A stretch of 35,857 nucleotides of DNA from a virus. Shown one piece after another: positions 30,424-35,857 of this stretch (within the stretch, counting starts at the first letter, position 1; each line of letters opens with the position of its first letter). The notes beneath the pieces are model-generated. The model was not told the DNA's origin. It did no database searches and saw only the letters and a list, made by a program, of their open reading frames with translations. The stretch lies in UHGV virus genome UHGV-0063910. One strand, written 5' to 3'. Both the position numbers and the translations under genes were made by a program.

Positions 30424-30878
30424 TACGCCTCCTGCTTGTCGCGGAGCAGCTGGAACTCGCAGCTCTGCGGAATAGTCAGGTGGCAGCCAATATTCACCGC
30501 CCAGGCTTCAACCTTACACAGGAAGACATACATCTCTCCGGTATCAAGATCGGAGGTATGGCGTAACGACTGGATAGTGGTGATATCACCGGTTACGACA
30601 TCAACCAGGTCTTTGGTTTCATAACCGAGATATGTGTGTTTGAGAGCATCTTTTACCCATGCTGCAGTAGCGAACGATTTCCCCCTGCTTATGAGGTATT
30701 CACTGATTTCGCTGTACCACATGTGGCTAAGTGCATTCTGGGAAAGACTGCGTCTCTCGCGCCACGGTTTAAGCACCATGCGAAAGCATTTGCCGTCCTC
30801 CAGATAAGGCTGGATCTGCTGACCGATAGCGGTGAAGTTACCGCGATGCAGTTTGATGCCATCTTGTGGTAGGTTCAC
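30423..30878 (-). CDS. ybcN: YbcN-like protein
   Basis: 151-aa [63 protein letters not shown]... matches DLP12 YbcN as recalled. Confidence 0.8.
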   Translation of the reverse strand: MNLPQDGIKLHRGNFTAIGQQIQPYLEDGKCFRMVLKPWRERRSLSQNALSHMWYSEISEYLISRGKSFATAAWVKDALKHTYLGYETKDLVDVVTGDITTIQSLRHTSDLDTGEMYVFLCKVEAWAVNIGCHLTIPQSCEFQLLRDKQEA

Positions 30879-31325
30879 GCTTCACCTCCACAGAGGTCAG
30901 ACGCTGGATGCAAAAAAACGCAGGTGCATTTCTGCATCTGTGAAGGGAGAAGAGAGTTTGGATTGTGTGTGCGCATAAACGTCCCCGTTTAGCGCAGAAG
31001 TCACCGAAGTTGTTCAGGCTCCGGTGATACAATTATGGCGAATTGATTATTCATAATCAAACAAGATAAGGTCTCAAACTTCATGCAAGCCAAGATTTAT
31101 TTCTGACAGAATCATACAAAGAAGCTATTGGTCAGAATCTACTCGGACTGTAAAACATACGCATAACCTTAAGCTCTCACTTTAAGCATTGTTGAAATAA
31201 TAGCCGTCAAGTACAACCTTAACCACGACTGGGATATTTCCCTAGCTACCACGAGTTGTACGGCTATTAAACTGCCGTTAAATTCAGTAAGAGAATTTCA
31301 TCCGATAAGTCAAGGCATGTAAAAC

Positions 31326-32369
31326 ATGAAAATTAACAAGATATTATCATCTGCAACACTATTGTATGGTATGTCAATGGCCATGTCGGTCGGGAGTTGT
31401 GCAACACCTGTCCAGACTAATCTTCCTGGTTACACCCCGGGTGCAGATATCATTAGTGTTTCACCGACCAGAAACCAGGTCGATCTCATTGGTGATGTTG
31501 TTTATTCCCAGATAAAAGGAACTCGTTCTGTCAGACAGCTTCACATGTCAGTTCTTGTCCCACGAACAAATGATTTAAAACCAGCCATTATTTATTATCC
31601 CGGCGGCGGATTCATGTCTTCTGAACATGACAAATTTATTGAAATGAGAATGGCTCTGGCTGAAGCTGGTTTTGTTGTGGCCGCTGTAGAATACAGAACA
31701 ATTCCTGATACATTTCCAGCACCAGTTGAGGATGGGAAAGCTGCAATACGTTACTTGAGAGAACATGCCAGCGATTATGGGATTGATCCTCAAAGAATCG
31801 GAGTTCTGGGTGACTCTGCCGGTGGATGGCTTGCCCAGATGATGGGAACTACAAATGGTGACAAAACCTTTAATAAAGGTGACTTTCTTCAGCAATCAGC
31901 AGATGTTCAGGCAGTTGCCACACTTTATGGGATTTCTGACTTGTTGAATATTGGCGAGGGGTTCCCTGAATCAGTGCAGGAGGTTCATCGATCTCCTGCC
32001 GTAACCGAAGCCTTAATGATCAATGGCCCTGCATTCAGAAGTTTTGCGGGAGCCCCCATAACAGCGTCAAAAGAAAAAGCGCTAAACGCCAGTCCAATCG
32101 GACATATGAAAGGAGTAAAACCCCCATTTCTTATTATGCATGGTAGCAAAGACACTCTGGTTTCACCTGAGCAAAGCGCCAAACTATTCAGGATGTTGAA
32201 GAAGAACGGCGATAACGCTGAGTACGTTCTGGTAGAAGGGGCTGAGCATGGCGATAATACATGGTATCAGCCAATTATTATAAACAGAGTTGTTGAGTGG
32301 TTTACTAAAAACCTGGGAACCCCCATAAAAACCGCTACCCAACAACAAAAAACAAACGCTGACCTGTAA
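31326..32369 (+). CDS. Secreted/lipoprotein alpha/beta-hydrolase esterase (HSL-type), cargo gene
   Basis: 347 aa; N-terminal signal peptide with lipobox-like MSVGSC; PGGGF oxyanion-hole-type motif and GDSAGG nucleophile elbow; hairpin gcccgca-ctta-tgcgggc right after the stop. Confidence 0.75.
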   Translation: MKINKILSSATLLYGMSMAMSVGSCATPVQTNLPGYTPGADIISVSPTRNQVDLIGDVVYSQIKGTRSVRQLHMSVLVPRTNDLKPAIIYYPGGGFMSSEHDKFIEMRMALAEAGFVVAAVEYRTIPDTFPAPVEDGKAAIRYLREHASDYGIDPQRIGVLGDSAGGWLAQMMGTTNGDKTFNKGDFLQQSADVQAVATLYGISDLLNIGEGFPESVQEVHRSPAVTEALMINGPAFRSFAGAPITASKEKALNASPIGHMKGVKPPFLIMHGSKDTLVSPEQSAKLFRMLKKNGDNAEYVLVEGAEHGDNTWYQPIIINRVVEWFTKNLGTPIKTATQQQKTNADL

Positions 32370-32718
32370 AAAGCAGCCCGCACTTATGCGGGCTAACCTA
32401 TTTCACTCGATTCAAAAGAAATTATTTTTAATGGGGGCGTGACCAGCCTCTCGGTGCTCAGATACTTAATGAAGTGGAGTGGCATTCAGGCAAGAGGTTA
32501 ACATCACCTGTTCGCCATAACCAAGCACGTGCACAAAGTTTGTTATCAGTGAATTGTTTTGTGATTGGGTATTGTTGAGCTACTAGAGCAAGAATGCCAA
32601 CATCCAGTGGCAGTGCCTATAGTAAAACTATAGCTCAGGGCGCTTCGTTCAAGATAGTTAATATCATATTAGTTACTTTACTTTCATACCATAGCACGGT
32701 TGAAAAAGTGATTATTAC

Positions 32719-34245
32719 TCAAAAATAAATCTCACCATCAACCATATATTTAAGAGTACTTATCGCCTGCTGGGCGGATATTACTTTCATTAAAGGATAG
32801 TGTTTAAAAACAATGCCATTCATAAAATAGATATCACAGGTTTTATTATCTGTATTAATTATAATTTTTTCGAATATTTTATAGGCAAGTGTTCGACATA
32901 GCTCTCGCCCATTTTTACTGGTTAAATCAATAGCATGAAAATCACCAAGTGAACTCACCCCTTTACTCTTCAAAGTTTTTAATGATACCGAAGCCCTTCG
33001 TAATTCCTTATCTAATAGTCTTATTTTCTCTGCTATAGCGGTAACTTCAGGCGCGACAGACAATGCAACGATTAAATTATTAATTTTCATCTGAAGCTCA
33101 ATAATTTTTAACTCTAAAGTTTCATTAGCATCTTTCTTGTTTTCAACTGGTTGAATTTTGCTACAATTAAAAAGCAATTCATTAATGATATTATAATCAA
33201 CCAAATCTCTTTTTATTGATGGTCTGTCACATCGATGTAATCTTCTCATCGGACAAACATAATAGCCATGCAAACTTCCAGATACCGCATGAACAATCAT
33301 GGTATTACCACAAGCCTCACACTTCATAACTGTTCGAAGTAGATTTATTAGCATAGGATTCTTGCTACTATTGCTAATACCAAAAGGTGCCAACCGAATT
33401 TCCTGTACAGCGTAAAACAAATCATCTGATATGACTCTGGGATAATAGCCAGCGATTTCACTTATCCCTTTCCCTCTTGCACGATATGAAGGTACGCATA
33501 TACCTATCAGAGCTTTATTCGCTAATAATTTTTCAATTACAGAAGGTCCCCATGCACTTTCTTTTCCTGAGAAATTCTTTACAGCATGATCATTTAAATA
33601 CTTGGCTATTGCATTCAATGAGCGCCTTTCCATCCTGAGTTTAAAAATTAGCTCAATAGTTTTCACCCTGTCGGGGTCTGGAACAAAAGCCGTTCTTTTG
33701 TCATCCAATGAGAGCCATCTCGGACAAGAAGCCGTCATAATCGTGCCTGACTCCAGTGCATCCTGCCGTTTTTTCTTCCATGATAATTTAACCCGACTTG
33801 ACTTTATCTCGCTTTCTTCATTTGCCCTTTGTGCTATAAGTATGGCTTTTATTAATGAATATGGCTCATTCAATGAGTCAATATTATAGACTGTATTATC
33901 GCAAAGAGTTATAACATCAATACCGTGATTCAAAATCAATTTCAGACGCTCAATCGCTTCACCGACTTTTTCTCTTGAAAGTCTGTCCAGACTTTCAACT
34001 AACAATGTAGTCCCTGGCAATATATAACCATGTTCTATAGCATCTAAAAATTCCGAAAAAGCTCCTGATTGTGCATGCTTTCCATTGAATGCGCTTAACC
34101 CCAAATCTTCATACGTTACGGTATCAAGGTAATAATCACTATTTACCTTTAGCCATTCAGTAATAAGCCTTCTCTGGCGGTTTAATGAATCACCAGACAT
34201 CTGACCTGGTGATGAAAATCGCATATATGCTATGGCTTTTTTCAT
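32719..34245 (-). CDS. ybcK: Large serine recombinase (YbcK-like)
   Basis: 508 aa; N-terminal resolvase-type catalytic motif AYMRFSSPGQ (catalytic Ser), large C-terminal domain with Cys-rich zinc-ribbon-like segment and coiled coil; AT-rich; position matches DLP12 ybcK next to emrE. Confidence 0.8.
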   Translation of the reverse strand: MKKAIAYMRFSSPGQMSGDSLNRQRRLITEWLKVNSDYYLDTVTYEDLGLSAFNGKHAQSGAFSEFLDAIEHGYILPGTTLLVESLDRLSREKVGEAIERLKLILNHGIDVITLCDNTVYNIDSLNEPYSLIKAILIAQRANEESEIKSSRVKLSWKKKRQDALESGTIMTASCPRWLSLDDKRTAFVPDPDRVKTIELIFKLRMERRSLNAIAKYLNDHAVKNFSGKESAWGPSVIEKLLANKALIGICVPSYRARGKGISEIAGYYPRVISDDLFYAVQEIRLAPFGISNSSKNPMLINLLRTVMKCEACGNTMIVHAVSGSLHGYYVCPMRRLHRCDRPSIKRDLVDYNIINELLFNCSKIQPVENKKDANETLELKIIELQMKINNLIVALSVAPEVTAIAEKIRLLDKELRRASVSLKTLKSKGVSSLGDFHAIDLTSKNGRELCRTLAYKIFEKIIINTDNKTCDIYFMNGIVFKHYPLMKVISAQQAISTLKYMVDGEIYF

Positions 34246-34500
34246 GGTGACATCTGCTAAAGTATGCTTTTATAAACCTTAGTGGTGAGATATGATTTTT
34301 GTTTAATTTTTATTTAAAAAGACAATTAAGGTCACATTATCTTGAATATACAACAATAATCGTATTGCAATTTTCTTACACCATAATCTTGAAAGCACAA
34401 AAGAATGAATAAAAACTAAAGACATTAACAAAAAACATAAAACGAGGCCCATATAAATATACGAGCCTCCATATTTTAGTCGTTTAAAAACAAATTATTT

Positions 34501-34833
34501 TTAATGTGGTGTGCTTCGTGACAATAAATTAATAACCAACACACCGGCACAAATCAACATCATGCCTATAATGGCTGGCAGGTCCAACCGTTGGCCGAAA
34601 AATCCCCATGATAGTAAGCTAATCAGGACAATACCGACTCCTGACCAGATAGCATAAGCAATCCCTGTAGGAATATAAGCCAGCGTCTGAGCTAATAACC
34701 AGAATGATGCACAATAACAAATAATTGTACCAACAGATGGCCATAACCGTGTAAAACCTTCTGAAAACTTCATTAAGGTTGTACCAATGACCTCTGCAAG
34801 TATTGCACCACCAAGATAAATATAAGGATTCAT
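34501..34833 (-). CDS. emrE: Small multidrug resistance efflux transporter EmrE
   Basis: From the internal ATG (34831-34833, AGGAAAG RBS) the 110-aa product MNPYIYLGGAILAEVIGTTLMKFSEGFTRLWPSVGTIICYCASFWLLAQTLAYIPTGIAYAIWSGVGIVLISLLSWGFFGQRLDLPAIIGMMLICAGVL.INLLSRSTPH is essentially E. coli EmrE. Confidence 0.95.
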   Translation of the reverse strand: MNPYIYLGGAILAEVIGTTLMKFSEGFTRLWPSVGTIICYCASFWLLAQTLAYIPTGIAYAIWSGVGIVLISLLSWGFFGQRLDLPAIIGMMLICAGVLVINLLSRSTPH

Positions 34834-34900
34834 AGTATATTCTTTCCTGTTCAAACTGGAGAGAATTGTACTACAGTTTGAACTCAACTCACCTGTTTCA

Positions 34901-35203
34901 TCATTGTGTACCCATTGATGTTCTTTTATATACCCTCAATACCCGTTTCATCGCGGCACTCTGGCGACACTCCTTAAAAATCAAATTCGTGCTCACCTTT
35001 CCTTCCCATTCTTCTCTGGTAGCGAACCGATAATACACCGTTCGCCAGACCTTACCATCAACGACCAGGATTCCTGCCCGCGCCATTTTAGCCGCAGCCT
35101 GATTTATGCTGGTTACGGTTGCGCCTGTTACCGCGGCAACGTCCTGCGCACAGAAGTTCTTATGAGTCCCCAGGTAATGAATAATTGCCTCTTTGCCCGT
35201 CAT
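34901..35203 (-). CDS. ren: Ren protein (Rex exclusion)
   Basis: 100-aa ORF MTGKEAIIHYLGTH..FCA.DVAA.TGATVTSINQAAAKMARAG.LV..GKVWRTVYYRFATREE... matches lambda Ren. Confidence 0.85.
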   Translation of the reverse strand: MTGKEAIIHYLGTHKNFCAQDVAAVTGATVTSINQAAAKMARAGILVVDGKVWRTVYYRFATREEWEGKVSTNLIFKECRQSAAMKRVLRVYKRTSMGTQ

Positions 35204-35857
35204 ACACTTGCTCCTTTCAGCCCAAACTTAGCTTTGATTTCTGCGATCTTCGCCAGAGCCTGTGCACGATTTAGAGGTCTACCGCCCATGACAGGAAGTT
35301 GTTTTACTGGTTCAGGTATCGCCTCACCACGGTTAATTCGCGCGGTCATACAGGACAGTTCATCGGCAGCCTTGCGCCGTAATTCCGCGTCAGTCAACGC
35401 ATTGGCCCGCATGTTCTGATACAGGTTGGTAACCAGCCAGTAGTGCGCGTTTGATTTCCACGGATAAGACTCTGCATCCGGATACAGACCACGCTTCCGG
35501 CAATACTCGTAAACCATATCAACCAGCTCGCTGACGTTTGGCAGCCCGGCGGTAACGGATGCTTCTTCCCGGCACCATGCAACAAACTGCCCGGGTGATG
35601 GCAGAAATGGTCTATTCTGCCGACGGGCAACACGCATTCCGGCGCTCACCTGCTCCATCGTGGTGATCCCGTTTTCCCGGAAAGCCAGAACCCACTGGCG
35701 GCGGATTTCGTTCAGTTCGTTCTGGTCACGATTAGCCAGGCTCGCCGGGAAAGTTGCCAGTAACTGGCTGAATACACCGTTGATTATCTGCGCTACCTGC
35801 TGTACCTGCGGCTTTTCGTCGTACTGTTCCGGCATGTTGTTGGCGATCCGACGCATC
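35200..35857 (-). CDS. P: Replication protein P (DnaB helicase loader), 3' portion; 5' end lies beyond the window
   Basis: 218 aa in window: MRRIANNMPEQYDEKPQVQQVAQIINGVFSQLLATFPASLANRDQNE.NEIRRQWVLAFRENGITTMEQV... near-identical to lambda gpP residues ~16-233. Confidence 0.9.
   Translation of the reverse strand, partial: MRRIANNMPEQYDEKPQVQQVAQIINGVFSQLLATFPASLANRDQNELNEIRRQWVLAFRENGITTMEQVSAGMRVARRQNRPFLPSPGQFVAWCREEASVTAGLPNVSELVDMVYEYCRKRGLYPDAESYPWKSNAHYWLVTNLYQNMRANALTDAELRRKAADELSCMTARINRGEAIPEPVKQLPVMGGRPLNRAQALAKIAEIKAKFGLKGASV

Noticed and set aside
34834-34887. N-terminal 18-codon extension of the emrE track ORF
   Set aside because: EmrE is a 110-aa protein beginning MNPYIYLGG; the internal ATG has a good RBS and the extension has none.

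Overview
The window is a lambda-like (lambdoid, E. coli-type) prophage in reverse orientation, with an ~11.1 kb integrase-bearing satellite-like island inserted inside its major capsid gene E. Almost all prophage genes are on the minus strand: tail genes L(partial)-M-H-T/G-V-U-Z-FII-FI, then E split in two, D, C/Nu3, B, W, A, Nu1, cos, two AT-rich cargo genes, the lysis cassette Rz/Rz1-R-S, a Q-like antiterminator, and a DLP12-like nin region (ylcG, rusA, ybcO, ninE, ybcN, a lipoprotein esterase, a large serine recombinase, emrE, ren, P partial). The island (about 7480..18615) is flanked by a 10-bp direct repeat TGCTTGGGTT and its excision would restore E in frame. It carries a P4-type integrase, AlpA, a primase-helicase with an iteron origin, a frameshifted ssb-like gene, its own E-like and D-like capsid genes, a cos-like site with conserved cosB but divergent cosN, and AT-rich cargo including an Abi/HEPN-like gene. 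It looks like a P4/PICI-type phage satellite nested in its helper's capsid gene. All protein identifications are from reading the translations against remembered lambda and E. coli sequences; no database search was run.
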